Shown piece after piece: positions 1 through 14,033 of a DNA stretch of 64,000 nucleotides. Origin of the DNA: Eledone cirrhosa (lineage: Eukaryota); the NCBI GenBank assembly GCA_964016885.1, contig OZ024746.1, positions 7,378,001 to 7,442,000 on the forward strand, in the 5' to 3' direction. A program made the position numbers and the translations under genes. Within the stretch, counting starts at the first letter, position 1; the number at the start of each line of letters is the position of its first letter. Below the pieces are notes generated by a model. The model was not told where the DNA came from, made no database searches, and saw nothing but the letters and a program-made list of their open reading frames with translations.

Positions 1-1292
1 CACCTGACAGTGATAGTGTTACACCTGACCTTGTGATGGTGTTACACCTGACATTGTGATGGTGTTACACCTGACATAGTGATGGTGTTACACCTGACAG
101 TGATGGTGTTACACCTGACATAGTGATGGTGTTACACCTGACAGTGATGGTGTTACACCTGACAGTGATGGTGTTACACCTGACAGTGATAGTGTTACAC
201 CTGACATAGTGATGGTGTTACACCTGACATAGTGATGGTGTTACACCTGACATAGTGATGGTGTTACACCTGACAGTGATGGTGCTACACCTGACAGTGA
301 TGGTGTTACACATGAAATAGTGATGGTGTTACACCTGACAGTGATAGTGTTACACCTGACATAGTGATGGTGTTACACCTGACAGTGATGGTGTTACACC
401 TGACAGTGATGGTGTTACACCTGACATAGTGATGGTGTTACACCTGACATATTGATAGTGTTACACCTGACATAGTGATGGTGTTACACCTGACATAGTG
501 ATGGTGTTACACCTGACAGTGATGGTGTTACACCTGACATAGTGATGGTGTTACACCTGACAGTGATGGTGTTACACCTGACATATTGATAGTGTTACAC
601 CTGACATATTGATGGTGTTACACCTGACATATTGATAGTGTTACACCTGACATATTGATAGTGTTACACCTGACAGTGATAGTGTTACACCTGACATATT
701 GATAGTGTTACACCTGACAGTGATAGTGTTACACCTGACATAGTGATAGTGTTACACCTGACATATTGATAGTGTTACACCTGACATAGTGATAGTGTTA
801 CACCTGACAGTGATAGTGTTACACCTGACATATTGATAGTGTTACACCTGACATATTGATAATGTTACACCTGACATAGGGATAGTGTTACACCTGACAT
901 ATTGATAGTGTTATACCAGACATAGTGATAGTGTTACACCTGACAGTGATAGTGTTACACCTGACATATTGATAGTGTTACACCTGACATATTGATAATG
1001 TTACACCTGACATAGGGATAGTGTTACACCTGACATATTGATAGTGTTATACCAGACATAGTGATAGTGTTACACCCAACATATTGAGTGTTACACCTGA
1101 CATATTCATAGTGTTACACCTGACAGTGATAGTGTTACACCTGACATATTGGTGGTGTTACACCTGACATTGATAGTGTTACACCTGACATAGTGATGGT
1201 GTTACACCTGACATAATGGTAGTGTTACACCTGACATATTGATAGTGTTACACCCAACATATTGATAGTGTTACACCCAACATATTGATAAT
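1..1292. repeat. Minisatellite, 21/23-bp unit CACCTGACA(TA)GTGATGGTGTTA
   Basis: Direct tandem repetition from the window start. The unit contains the quasi-palindrome GGTGT-T-ACACC and degenerates toward the right end. Confidence 0.97.
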
Positions 1293-1626
1293 GTGGTTTT
1301 ATTTCATAGAACCAGAGCTGGTTTTGGCTGGGTTGGTAACTAAAGGGTTAAAACTGTAACAGAAGAAAGTGACATAGAAATATCTGAAGACTGGGACCAA
1401 TCTATTGGCTTGCCATTTTTGTGCTAGAAACATAAAGGCTGATAATCTCTTTGAGAATCTGTAGATTTTTCTTAGTCTATTGACATTCATACATTTTCTA
1501 CAGAATTTCAAATAACACCTTAATTGTTTTTGTATTTCATAAAAATATCTTTAGTCTCCAGTCTAGAAACAGCAGGCAATTTCAAGTCAAAAGGATTACA
1601 TTTTCAGGTATCTTATAAAATAACTA

Positions 1627-1834
1627 CTGTATATATTAGAATATAAGCTTAGGAATATAGGACAAAAAAAAAAAGTGATGATAAATTGGGAAGTTGGCTT
1701 ATATACACCATCTAAACAATGTGTTGGTTAGCTGGCTTGCTTTATAAATAGGGTTTGGATTTTCACTTATTTCTCAGGCATAAAATAGGGGTGTTGGCTT
1801 ATATTCAGATCAGCTTATGTTCAAGTATATATGG
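1627..1834. mobile_element. pogo/Tigger-like MITE
   Basis: TA-CTGTATATATTAGAATATAAGC ... GCTTATGTTCAAGTATATATGG-TA imperfect TIRs with TA flanks. Same family as 2860-4803. Confidence 0.7.
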
Positions 1835-2138
1835 TAAATGAAACATTGCATCTTGCTACAATTGTTATGCTAGAAAGAAGTTAGAGCCTCAGGAATGTTT
1901 ATAATTTCCTTTGTCTATTGAATTCATCACCATCATCACTGTTTAACGTGAATTCATCACCATCATCACTGTTTAATGTCCATTTTCCCAGAGATATAAG
2001 AGGAAGAATACTGGACTGATACTTTACTTTATCTACCTCAAAAGGTTGAAAGGCAAAATTGATCTCAGTAGGATTTGAACTCAGAAAGCCGAAACGAATA
2101 TCGCAAAGTTCTAATGACTGCCAAATTTGCCACCAATT

Positions 2139-2172
<34 letters not shown>

Positions 2173-2859
2173 TTGTTTCTATCTTGATTATGCATTGACT
2201 GAGTCAAAGAAAATAAATGATTTCGTCAGAATACTGAAAAGTGTGTGTGAGAGAGAGAGAGAAACAAGTTAATCATAAATCAAATATGAAGACATTAATG
2301 GTGTACTAACTTGACTACTGCACCTTAAATAAATCCGATTTAAAGTTTTATAATTTCAAAATATGCATTGCAGTGTTAAAATAGGAAACAAACAAGCTGG
2401 TATTATATGATTAGAGATAATGTGTTTAAAAATATATTTAACTTTCAGCCAAATTATATATAAAACAGACTTCCAATTAAATCTAAATCCTCTGTTAGAT
2501 AATCTATATCAACAAACGCAACGTAAAATTTATAGTCAGTTCTTTTGTGTGAGAAGGAATTATAATTGTGCCTTAGGCTTGGCTTTTAAATTCTAGGCTA
2601 AATGTCAACTGAACTCTTTAAAGTACCGGTTAAATTTACTACTTACAACTTATTTTAACTGGATAAAGGGCCAAAAATATATGAAAGAAACAGATTTGAA
2701 CATCTGGTGTACCCTGTGTAAATTATGGTTACACAGGTGTTGTAGGATAACAAGCAGGCTGACAGAGAAGGTAGACTTAAGTGGCAGATGCATAGGTGTG
2801 TAATTAACAAATGTTTAGAAGTCTCACTAATAAAAGTAGTTGACAGTTTTTGGTACATA

Positions 2860-4803
2860 CTGTATATACTCGAATATAAGCCGACTCCCCCTATTCTATG
2901 TCTGAGAAATGGTAACAAATCCAAACCCGATTTATAAGCCAAGGTAGCCAATCAAAACATTGTTTATTATCAATTTTTTGGTCACATATTCCTTGGCTTA
3001 TCATCATCATCATCACCGTTTTACGTCCGTTCTTCCACGCTAGCATGGGTTAGACGGGTTGTCCTGTTGTGGGCAGTGTCTGGTCGGCTGACCATGCCTT
3101 GCTCATACAGGAACTGATCTGGCTTGATTTCTACAGCTGGATGCCCTTCCTAACACCAACCTCATTTACAGTGAGTGGTGGGTGCTTTTTCGTGGCGCCT
3201 ACACGTCCACTTTACAGTGTGGGCTGGGTGCTTTTTTGCCGTGGCACCTCCACGGCCACCTTGCGGTGGGGGGGGGGGGGGGCATATTGTTTATATGCTT
3301 CAGCATGTACCCATGGGAGGTCGGGTACCCTGTATTACTGCGTGACGCCAGAAGTCACGGTCGTGTGTCATTGACTTTGAGAGGTGTAGTTGGGTAAGGT
3401 CGGCTTTTATCACCTCATCCCAAGTCATCTTGGGTCTCCCCACTCCGCGGTTTCCATCAACTTCTAGTGCTCTGCACCTTTTTATGCAGCTGTCATCCTT
3501 CATACGCATCACATGTCCATACCAGCGTAACCGCCTCTCCTGCACGCAGCATTTGATTCCTCTTATGCTCAGTCTCTCTCTCAATTCCTTTATGCTTTGT
3601 CGTTCACGTATATTACTGTTACACATCCATCGGAGCATGCAGGCTTCGTTTCTCTCTAATCTACGTAAGTCTTCCACCTTCAGCGCCCAGGTCTCACTAC
3701 CATGCAACATCGCTGTTCGGATACACGCATCATACAGTCTGCCTTTCATTCTGAGGGAGAAGCCTTTTGCAGCTAGCAGTGGTAGTAGTTCCCTAAACTT
3801 CTTCCATCCCGTTCTTACCCTAGTTATTGTACTTTCTGAGCACCCACCTCCGTTGCTAATTCGGTCACCTAGGTAGCAGAAGCTGTCTACTGTTTCTACA
3901 GGGCCCTCCCAGAGATTGGTGGTACTTGTTTCCTGTGGCTGTTTGCTTGCTGTTTCAGCACAGCTGCTGCATGTGAATCCTACATTCTTAATTAAGCTTC
4001 CTGAGATCCCGCTACATCTCTTGTGTACCCATTGTTTGCATTTGGGGCAGAGAATGGAGTTCCTACCTACACCTTTCCTACATACTGAGCAAGGCCATTT
4101 CCCTGAGGGGATCTGGGTTCTGTTTTCTCGTCTACTTACAAGGACCTTAGTCTTTGTCATGTTGACTTTGAGGCCCTTTCTCTCTAGTCCCTGCTTCCAG
4201 GTTTGGAATTTATTCTCTAGTTCTACCATAGATTCAGCTATGAGTGCGAGGTCATCAGCATACAGGAGTTCCCATGGGCATCCGGTCTTAAACTCCTCCG
4301 TTATTGCCTGCAGGACTATGATGAACAGGAGAGGGCTAAGAACAGAGCCCTGGTGGACCCCAACCTGTACGCTAAATTCCTCGCTATACTCATTGCCAAT
4401 CCTAACTTTGCTGACTGCTCCCCTATACATGGCTTGTACCGCTTTCACAAGCCATTCATCTACTCCTAGTTTTCTAAGAGCCCACCAGATTACTGCACGT
4501 GGAACTCTGTCAAAGGCTTTCTCAAGGTCGACAAATGCCAAGTAGAGTGGCTTACTTTTAGCTAGGTACTTTTCCTGTAATTGCCTCACAAGGAAGAGGG
4601 CATCAGTGGTGCCTTTCCCTGGTACAAACCCAAATTGCATCTCGTCTATATTCACCCGGTCCCTAATCAGCTGTGCTATAACTCTTTCTGTTACTTTCAT
4701 GACCTGGTCCATCAACTTTATACCTCTATAGTTTCCTCTATCTAGTGCATCGCCTTTACCTTTGTAGCAGTTGACATTGATGCTTATATTCAAGTATATA
4801 CAG
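2860..4803. mobile_element. pogo/Tigger-like MITE split by an RTE LINE insertion
   Basis: TIRs CTGTATATACTCGAATATAAGC / GCTTATATTCAAGTATATACAG flanked by TA. The LINE sits at 3001-4781 with GCTTAT duplicated on both sides. Confidence 0.8.
3001..4781 (-). mobile_element. 5'-truncated RTE-clade LINE (RT, PHD-like finger, 3'UTR, (GAT)n tail)
   Basis: ORF 3300-4793 has NYRGIKL, QFGF, FVDLEKAFDRV, GVHQGSVLSPLLF, YADD and RLRWYGHV..GRPK motifs. The tail reads (TCA)n at 3001. Confidence 0.97.
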
Positions 4804-5637
4804 TAAGTTACTAACAGTGCAGCTGAATATACTGAAACCAGCAGTCAAAGTAAAAACAAGACTTATTTCTGCTGATAAAAAGTTCTTTTCTCTCTCAGAC
4901 TAAAGGGAAGAGCTGCTAAGCCATGTTCCATCCATCCATCCATATATATCTTCCAGGTATCCCTCTATTTCCCAATTGCAAATGTTCCGCTCACACTATT
5001 ATTGTTGTATTTATCATTTCACTAGCCTCCACAACACATTTTTTACCCTCGTTTTCTTTTCCCATGCTGTTTCTCTACGAAGTCATCTACTCCCTTCCTC
5101 TCTCTTACATTATTATTATTATTGTTGTATTTATCATTTCCTTGTCTCTACGAAGTCGTCTACTCCCTTTGAAATCCTAACATTAACATTTCGCCTTGTC
5201 TAATATAGGTACTCGTATCGGTTTATTTTGCCCTGAGATGCTATGGGCCATGATGGCTACCTATCTCACAATTTGCCTCCTGCCCACCCCCTAACACCAC
5301 TATAGTCTATTTGACCAATCAAACCTCAGCATGTCCCCCCCCCCACCCATTACCAACCCCAACAAACTCTGCCATTACTACTACTACCTACCTCTCTCCT
5401 CACCCGTCCCAGCCCCAACACACCCTGCCATTATTACCACCACTACTGTTCTTCTAGCCCTGAATTCTCCTACCATTATGTATGAATGAGCTGGGAATAA
5501 ATGGAGCAACCCCAAATTAATAAATGAAAATGAATCCGCGAGCTACCAAGCACCCATGTGAAGCTTCAATCCAGAGACAGGAAGCATACACACACACCTG
5601 CAAAAATTGACCCTTTCCCACGAATGTTGACAAATGC

Positions 5638-8600
5638 CCAAAACTCCGAGTTGGTACCATCAATGTAAGCACAATGAAAGGAAGAGCAGGAGAAATCGTA
5701 GAGATGCTAGAGCAAAAGGAAATTGATGTATGCTGTGTGCAAGAGACAGGATGGAGAGGAGAGTCTGCTAGAGTCCTTGTAGAAAAAAGTCAGTGCTACA
5801 AATTTTTCTGGGTGGGAAATGATGGGATGGGTGGTGTAGGTATCCTACTAGCTGACAAGTGGGTAGATAAGGTAATCTCAGTGAACAGGGTGAATGCAAG
5901 AATCATTAAACTCAGACTAGTCCTGAATAAAACAATTACCACAATAATATCAGCTTACGCACCCCAATCGGGGATGCCAGACGAACTTAAGGATAGGTTT
6001 TACGAGTCCCTAATGCACACTACTGCTCTAACAAATGACAATGACTTCCTAATCATTGCAGGAGATTTTAACGGACACGTAGGTAAACACCGTGACAGCT
6101 TTTTTAGAGTCCATGGAGGCCATGGGGTTGGCACAAGAAATGAAGAAGGATTCAGGCTTCTAGAATTATGCAACACCAATGACATGTCGATATGTAACAC
6201 AAACTTCAAAAAACCCGACAACCACCTGATCACCTGTAGATCAGGGGAGCATTCTAGTCAGATAGATTTTATCCTCATCAGAGGACGTGACAGATAGACG
6301 GTCGTAAACACAAAAGCCTTCCCTAGTGAGGAATGTACCTCCCAACGACCTCACGGTCAGAACTAGACGAACTTGGAAACAGAAGCCAACCTGGAGAAGA
6401 AAGATCTGGAAGTTGAAAGACCCCTCAGCCAGTAACAGATTTAAAGATATTTTACTCAACGCCTATGACAGTAAAGAAGAACAGATAGAGACATTCAATG
6501 TAGAAGAGCACTGGGAGTTCCTAAAAAATAACTTACTAAAGGCGACGGATGAGATCTGTGGTTGGAGTAAGACCACAGGCAGGAGGAGAGCGACTTGGTT
6601 GTGGAACAATGAGGTAGATGAGGCAGTTAAGGTCAAGAGACAGACATGGAAAGAATGGCAGAACGGGGGAAGCAGGGTACATTACATAGAGAAAATAGAG
6701 GGAAGCTAGGCGACAAGTATACTTAGCTAGGAGGGAAGCAGAGGATAGAAAATTCAAGCATGTTTTGCAACGCGAGGACCAGAAAGAGGAGGTGTTCAAG
6801 ATTGCGAGGCAGTGTGTCAGAGAGAATTGTGATGTCATTGGAGAGAAGTGTATCTGGAATGATAAAGGTGAGCTTGCTCTCACAAGTGCTGAGAAGAAAG
6901 ATGCGTGGAAGAGCCATTATGATAGATTACTAAATGAGGAGAATGCATGGGAAGAAGAGACCCTACCCCAAGTAGACCCTATAGAGGGGCCAGCAGTACA
7001 AGTCAGCAGCAGCGTAGTAAGTAAGGCAATCAAGGATATGAAGACGGGGAAGGCAACCGGTCCATCGGGTATAGCTGACGAGATGCTGAAGGCATCTGGG
7101 TCGGTAGGTCACACCATAACCACACGTATTGTTAACCAGGTAATACTACAAGGTGTCATACCAAAGAATTGGTGCAGTAGCATCATTGTCAGCTGCTACA
7201 AAAGTAAAGGTGATGCACTAGATAGAGGAAACTATAGAGGTATAAAGCTGATGGACCAGGTCATGAAAGTAACAGAAAGAGTTATAGCACAGTTGATTAG
7301 GGACCGGGTGAAACTAGATGAGATGCAATTTGGGTTTTTGCCAGGAAGAGGCACCACTGATGCCCTCTTCCTTGTGAGGCAGTTACAGGAAAAGTACCTA
7401 GCTAAAAGTAAGCCGCTCTACCTGGCATTCGTCGATCTCGAGAAAGCCTTTGACAGAGTTCCCCGTGCTATAATCTAGTGGGCTCTTAGAAATTTAGAAG
7501 ATGAAAGGCTTGTGAAAGCTGTACAAGCTATGTAGGATTAGCAATGACTATAGCGAGGAATTTAGCGTACAGGTCGGTGTCCACCAGGGCTCTGTTCTTA
7601 GCCCTCTCCTGTTCATCATAGTTCTGCAGGCAATAACGGAGGTGTTTAAGACCGGATGCCCATGGGAACTCCTGTATGCAGATGACCTCGCACCTATAGC
7701 TGAATCTAGAACTAGAGAAGAAATTCCAAACTTGGAAGCAGGGACTAGAGAGATAAGGTCTCAAAGTCAACCTGACAAAGACTAAGATCCTTGTAAGTAG
7801 ATGAGAAAACAGAACCCAGATCCCCTCAGGGAAATGGCCTTGCTGAGTATGTAGGAAAGGTGTAGGTAGGGACTCCATTCTCTTCCCCAAATGCAAATAA
7901 TGGGTATACAAGAGATGTAGCAGGATCTCAGGAAGCTTAACTAAGAATGTAGGCTTCACATGTAGCAGCTGTGCTGGAACAGCAAGCAGCAAACAGCCAC
8001 AGGAAACAAGTACCACCAAACTCTGGGAGGGCTCTGTAGAAACAGTAGACAGCTTCTGCTACCTAGGTGACCGAATTAGCAGCGGAGTTGGGTGTTCGGA
8101 AAGTACAATAACTAGGGTAAGAACAGGATGGAAGAAGTTGAGGGAGCTACTGCCACTGCTAGCTGCAAAAGGCTTTTCCCTCAAAATGAAAGGCAGACTG
8201 TATGATGCGTATATACGAACAGCAATGTTACATGGTAGTGAGACCTGGGCACTGTCTGTGGAAGACTTGCGTAGATTAGAAAGAAATGAAGCCTGCATGC
8301 TCCGATGTATGTGTAATAGTAATATACGTGAACGGCAAAGCATAAATGAATTGAGAGAGAGACTGAGCATAAGAGGAATCAAATGCTGTGTGCAGGAGAG
8401 GCAGTTGCGTTGGTATGGACATGTGATGCGTATGAAGGATGACAGCTGCATAAAAAGGTGCAGAGTACTAGAAGTCGATGGAAACCGCGGAGTGGGGAGA
8501 GCCAAGAAGACCTGGGATGAGGTGATAAAAGCCGACTATACCCAATTACACCTCTCAAAGGCGATGACACACAACCGTGACCTCTGGCGTCACACAGTAA

Positions 8601-8917
8601 TACAGAAGACCTGACCCCCCACGGGTACAAGCCGAAGCTGCAGTATATAGACAATATGCCCCCACACCCTCCCACTGCAAAAAAGCACCCAGCCCACACT
8701 GTAAAGTGGACGTGTAGGCGTCACGGAAAAAAAGCACCCAGCACTCACTGTAAATGAGGTTGGTGTTAGGAAGGGCATCCAGCTGTAAAAATCAAGCTAT
8801 AATCAGTTCCCGTATGAGCAAGACAAGGTCAGCCGACCGGACACTGCCCACAACAGGACAACCTGTCTAACCCATGCTAGCGTGGAAGAACGGGCGTAAA
8901 ACAGTGATGATGATGAT
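5638..8917 (+). mobile_element. Near full-length, disrupted RTE-clade LINE (APE endonuclease + RT)
   Basis: APE motifs (GTINV, VQET, AYAPQ, GDFNGHVG, SQIDFI) followed by RT motifs across several frames. Stops at about 6295 and 7476, plus frameshifts. (GAT)n tail at about 8905-8917. The 5' boundary is uncertain. Confidence 0.95.
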
Positions 8918-9087
8918 ATTCAAATAAGTAGTACCTTAATGTAGTAAAAATCAAAGTAGTTCAATATTTATACTTGAACATAACACTAAAGAATTATTTT
9001 TGGAAAAAAACAAAACAAAACAAACCGAAAAATATATTTAAATACAGCTTATAAAAAAATGCATTAAAAAAAGTATTTGGAGAACAT

Positions 9088-9432
9088 AAGGGTAAAGACC
9101 CTCTTTGGTCACAAATGACCATGGGATTTGTACCTAGAAGTTCCCCTCCGAGGCACAAGTCCAGGCAAGGTTGTTTGTGGACGACCAGTAGTCACCCATA
9201 TATACCAGTCTCTCCTCTACATGCCACCGATGTTATCCAAGGGAAAGGCAATGGCCAATTTAGCTTAATGCCAGTGACATCACAACTCATTTCCACAGCT
9301 GAGTAAACTGGAGCAACGTGAAATAAGGTGTCTTGCTCAAAGACACAACACAAAGCCCAGTCTGAGAATCAAACTCACGACCTCTCGATTATAAGCCTCA
9401 CGCTCTAACCACTAAACCTTGTGCCTTCACAT
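9088..9432 (-). mobile_element. tRNA-derived SINE with CORE-like central domain (family A)
   Basis: Minus strand has A-box-like GGTTTAGTGG, B-box-like GAGTTTGATTC and TTGAGCAAGACACC..CTCCAGTTTACTCAGCTG. Matches 24962-25295. Confidence 0.85.
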
Positions 9433-9784
9433 GGAGAACATAGAACTATTTAAAGCCTGAACTGCTAAAATTTGTCATGAAAACCTAAGTTGGTGCAGTA
9501 TTTTAGTATTTACACCAGTGCTGAAAACTACCACAATGTAGAAGGTGTGTCATCCCAAGAGTAAAATACTATTTTTAAAATATGTTAAATATTTTCAACA
9601 CCACTATGTTATTTTTAGTTTCTATCTTGACTATTAATTTCATTGGAAAACAAATGAGAAAGAAAAGTATTAAGCTGACTTTTCAGTCAACAATTGTAGT
9701 CTGTGATTACTATTCTATTGAATTAAGACTCAAGTAAACTATATGTTGGAAGAACATTTTATTTTAAAAAAGAAAGAAATGTTA

Positions 9785-9906
9785 TAGAGAGATAGAGATA
9801 GACAGAGAGGTTAGAGAGATAGAGAGAGGGAGAGGGAGAGGGAGAGGGAGAGGGAGAGAGAGAGAGAGAGAGAGAGAGGTTAGAGAGAGAGATAGAGAGA
9901 CGGAGG

Positions 9907-9978
<72 letters not shown>
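9785..9978. repeat. (AG)n microsatellite
   Basis: Direct inspection. Confidence 0.95.
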
Positions 9979-9982
<4 letters not shown>

Positions 9983-10212
9983 AGTAATGAAATTAGACAG
10001 TTAAGTTTCTTCAATTACTATCAGTAGACAGTATATGATCAAGAGAGATATTTCCTCCTCATGTGTTTCATTAATAGAAAAACTATTTACCGTATTCCAA
10101 CAATTGTTATTAGACAAAGTTATCTTAGTTCAATTGCTAACATTTTACAAAATGAGTAATCTGGTCAATTTAGAAAGATTTAAACTGTGACATTACAGAG
10201 TTATTCTTGGTC

Positions 10213-10392
10213 TACAGAGCGACCATAAAGTCTTTCCCTCATTATAAAATACTCAGATACTATTTGTGATTTTACTTATTGTATTGATAAATTCCAAGTT
10301 TTTATGAACATGTTTTATATTTTCTCTACAGGAAGTAGTTGTAATAGTAACAAAATGTCATCTATGAAACAAAAAGACTTTATGATAATCCT
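10213..10392. mobile_element. Degenerate Tc1/mariner-type MITE
   Basis: TA-CAGAGCGACCATAAAGTCTTT ... AAAGACTTTATGATAATCCTG-TA imperfect TIRs. Confidence 0.5.
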
Positions 10393-10599
10393 GTATTTCT
10401 TTGTTAGTATCAGTGCTGGACAAAATTCTTTGCAGTGTTTGTTCCAGCTCTTTATGTTCTGAGTTCAAATCCCAACTGTGTTTGTGTGTGTACATGTGTA
10501 TGTGTGTGTGCATATGTGTGTGTATGTATGTATGTTAACTTTGCCATTCTTCCAAGGTCAATAAAATATCAGTCAAGTCTACCTAATATAAAGTCTGTC

Positions 10600-10850
10600 T
10601 CAAGTCCCGCAGTCTCATCAGGCCGGTGGTTATCCCAGTTTCGTGGTATGAAGTGACTGAGCGTACAAAACTTCTCTCTGGACAGAACACCAGTCCATCA
10701 CAGGCTTAAACCCATTTTCAGCTCAATATACTGGAGCAATGTAAAAGGAAGTGTTTTGGTCAAGAACATAACACACAACCCAGTCCAGGAATCGAACCCA
10801 AGACATTATGATAAGTCCAACACCTTTACCACTAGGCCACATGCCTCAAC
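10600..10850 (-). mobile_element. Degenerate family-A-like SINE
   Basis: Minus strand GGCATGTGGCCTAGTGG...GGGTTCGATTCCTGG (A/B boxes) followed by a CORE-like segment. Confidence 0.65.
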
Positions 10851-10879
10851 ATTAGTAAATGATTATAGATCCTCAGTTT

Positions 10880-11230
10880 GCTCAGGTAGTTCTCTGAATT
10901 TGGATCAAATAGAGTGCATATCTCGGAGATCAGAGAGTTGCTTCATGTAGAACCACTACTTCTCCAAATTGAGAGATCACAGCTTTGATACTATGGACAT
11001 GGGGTTAGAAGGTCTCAGAAAAAAATTACTGGATAGATGTTATGGGTAAAACCAACCGGCAGGAGACCCAGGGGTAGATCCCAAGCAAGATGATTGGATA
11101 ACATCCATGAGCTTGGCTGGTCTTGCCTGGGGATCCAGACGGATCAGGTTGGAGATGGTTACTTCTGACCCACTGGAAGGAGTGTTTGAGGACTCTGCCC
11201 GCACGACCCTCTCAGGAATATGCAGGCGAA
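10880..11230 (+). mobile_element. 3' fragment of a second RTE-like (Expander/Rex3-type) LINE
   Basis: Degenerate LR-YYGH..GRRPRGR..LPARP coding remnant. The same 3' end occurs inverted at 60200-60345. Confidence 0.65.
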
Positions 11231-12261
11231 TATTTAATTATCAATTTTAATAACTGAACAAAAAAAAAAAAAATCTGAGATCCATTGTCTGTGTAATATT
11301 TTTGTGGAATTTTAATAAACTTTTAGGTGTAACATTAAAAAGTCATTCACATACCAACAGAAATATTCTCATAACATAAGTCATTTGCATACCATCCTGA
11401 TATAAGGACATTGTATATAATAAAGCTATGGCATTTCATTGTATAAGGCTAGATTGACCTGTGGTAGGAGCAGAAAAATGTGAAAAATGGTGTCATTAAA
11501 TATAACATGACATTAGTTTCACTGAATATTTGATGCTGAAGCTTTCAAATTTGAAAGAAAAAAACCCCCACAAAAATAAAATATAAATAAATGCTTTTTA
11601 GGATAGCGATTAAATCACAAGATGTTTTAAAAGTTATATATGTGAGACTTTGGGGGAAACTGCCCCACAGCGGAGTAAAATAACAGTGAAGAAACCTAAT
11701 GGGAGTGTCATAATATGTTGGAATGTCACTCTCATATTATAATGAAAAGAATTTGACGAGGTCATAACTTAGCAATATTTTCATTTGAAAGAAACTATTC
11801 CAACACATAAAAAGTAATTTGATTCATCATTTAAATGTCTAAGGGTAGACATTTTTTTTTCCCGATATATTTTTGTTTCTTTCTACAAAGATGAGGAATT
11901 CAATCAAAACTTAATGAATGTTAATAAAAAGATTAGTTACCAACCTTGCCAAAACCAGCTCTGATTCTATGAAATAAAACCACCCATTTTAAACCTTTAG
12001 TTACCAACCCAGCCAAACCCAGTTATGGCACAGGCATGAGTTGTGTGGATACGGAAAGTTTGCTTTGTAACCAGGTGATATCTGGTTCCAATTTCTTTGG
12101 GTGGCACCAAAGGCAAGTGCTTTGTATTAGAGACTCGAGATAACCAATTCCTTGCAATTTGCTAGACAGAAACTGTAAAGAAAATGTCATATATGTGTGT
12201 GTGTTATTTTAACCCCGTCTTAAAAGTACCACAACAAACACACATAAATAAATACATAACA

Positions 12262-12314
<53 letters not shown>

Positions 12315-12344
12315 TAGATAGATATTTAAAGTGATTCTATGACA

Positions 12345-12707
12345 TATGTAGACTGGAGAGAAATGAAGCAAACATGCTTCATTGGATGTGCAATGTAAAT
12401 GTGAGAGAAAGCAGAGCCAGGATGAACTGAGGGAGAAATTGGGTTTAAGAGGAATGTGAGGTGGTGTACAGGAGAGAAGACTGCATTGGTACAGACATGT
12501 GATGTTGATTGATGGGTGAAGAAGTACTAGGATATGCCAGTGGAAAACCAAGAAAGACCTGGGCAGAGGTGGGGAGAGCTGACCACAAATTGCTGAGACT
12601 CACAGACAAGATGAGGAAGGAATGTGAGTGGAGAGATGCTGTGCTGAGAAGGACCTGTCCAACTCATGGAAAAATGGACATAAAAATTGTGATGGTGATG
12701 ATGATGA
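12345..12707 (+). mobile_element. Degenerate RTE LINE 3' end
   Basis: LERNEA..RLHWY.HV..KPRKTWAEV remnant and (GAT)n tail. Confidence 0.85.
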
Positions 12708-12911
12708 CCAAATAGAGAAAATGAACAACTATATATTACAAGTTATTGATATGTTTGCTACCATGAGGGCAATTCTGTCAAGTCTATCCAGTAGTATAGA
12801 AGTCCTAGGAAAACCCTACACAATATTGGCCTCTCCAGAGAGATTTGCCTTGCTGGATAGTCTAATAGCATTACAAGTATTGAGTTACTTAGTACCCAGT
12901 AACCTTTATTT

Positions 12912-13089
<178 letters not shown>

Positions 13090-14033
13090 AAGACATTAAA
13101 GAAATTATCTCTAATCAACAATCCTGTGGCAGCCAAAAATAAACTGAACAAACAATATGGAAGAAATAGTTTGTTGTGAAACAATAGAAAGTTATTCAAT
13201 GTGAAAATATTTGCCATGAGAGAAGTGTAAATGTATCTAGAGCCATATTCCTACACTCCTTAGGTCAATTTTGTGGAGAACACATAACTGGCAATTGTCA
13301 TCTTGATGAAAGTTGCTGTCATTAATACAGAGTGAACAGAGATAAATATTTTCTATTTTGTCTTCCATTAACAAAGAATTCCAAGTAAGTGTGTGCGTGT
13401 GCGTGCGTGTGTATTTGTTAGAGAGAGAACAGAATATAAAAAAAATTAACATTTTAGGTGGGTTTATTCAGATAGAAGAGATAATAGTGTGTGTATGACA
13501 ATATAATAGTGTGTGTATGTATGACAAGACAATAGTGTGTGTATGGCAAGTATTATAAAAAGTAAGACAACTACAGAGTCGTTTATTTGTCTTAATACTA
13601 ACTAAACAGTTTAAAATTAAATTAACAAATTATACAATTACATGAATGAAGTGTTTTGAAAGAGGATATATATAATACACACACATATATATATATATCA
13701 GATCTAAGCAATTCATGTCAGGCCGTTGGTGGAAAGTGAACACATTAAAAAAAGAAAGACTATAATAATGACTTCACCATTTAATTACTTTGGAGTAGTT
13801 TACAGACTAAATTAGGACAGACTCCTAACACTGGAGCTCAAATCTTAGTTTAAACTGGCCATATCCAGCTAGAATTCTCTCACCTCTTTCTGTTCAAACC
13901 AGCTGTAACCGGCCACTCATACTGGTGTTAAGGTATTGTTCTCAAAATAAATAATATCAAAATCTCATAGATTCAATATTATATGAGATAATTATGTGAA
14001 ATAAAGCCTTTACTGTGAAAATACAATAGTATA

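Noticed and set aside
2647-2760. Minus-strand candidate for lgl exon 2 (GTAAGT donor at about 2646)
   Set aside because: No frame encodes the expected HGFP/WD40 sequence.
13264-13384. Plus-strand exon-like segment (TAG acceptor, GTAAGT donor)
   Set aside because: All three frames contain stops and there is no recognisable protein. A non-coding exon cannot be excluded.
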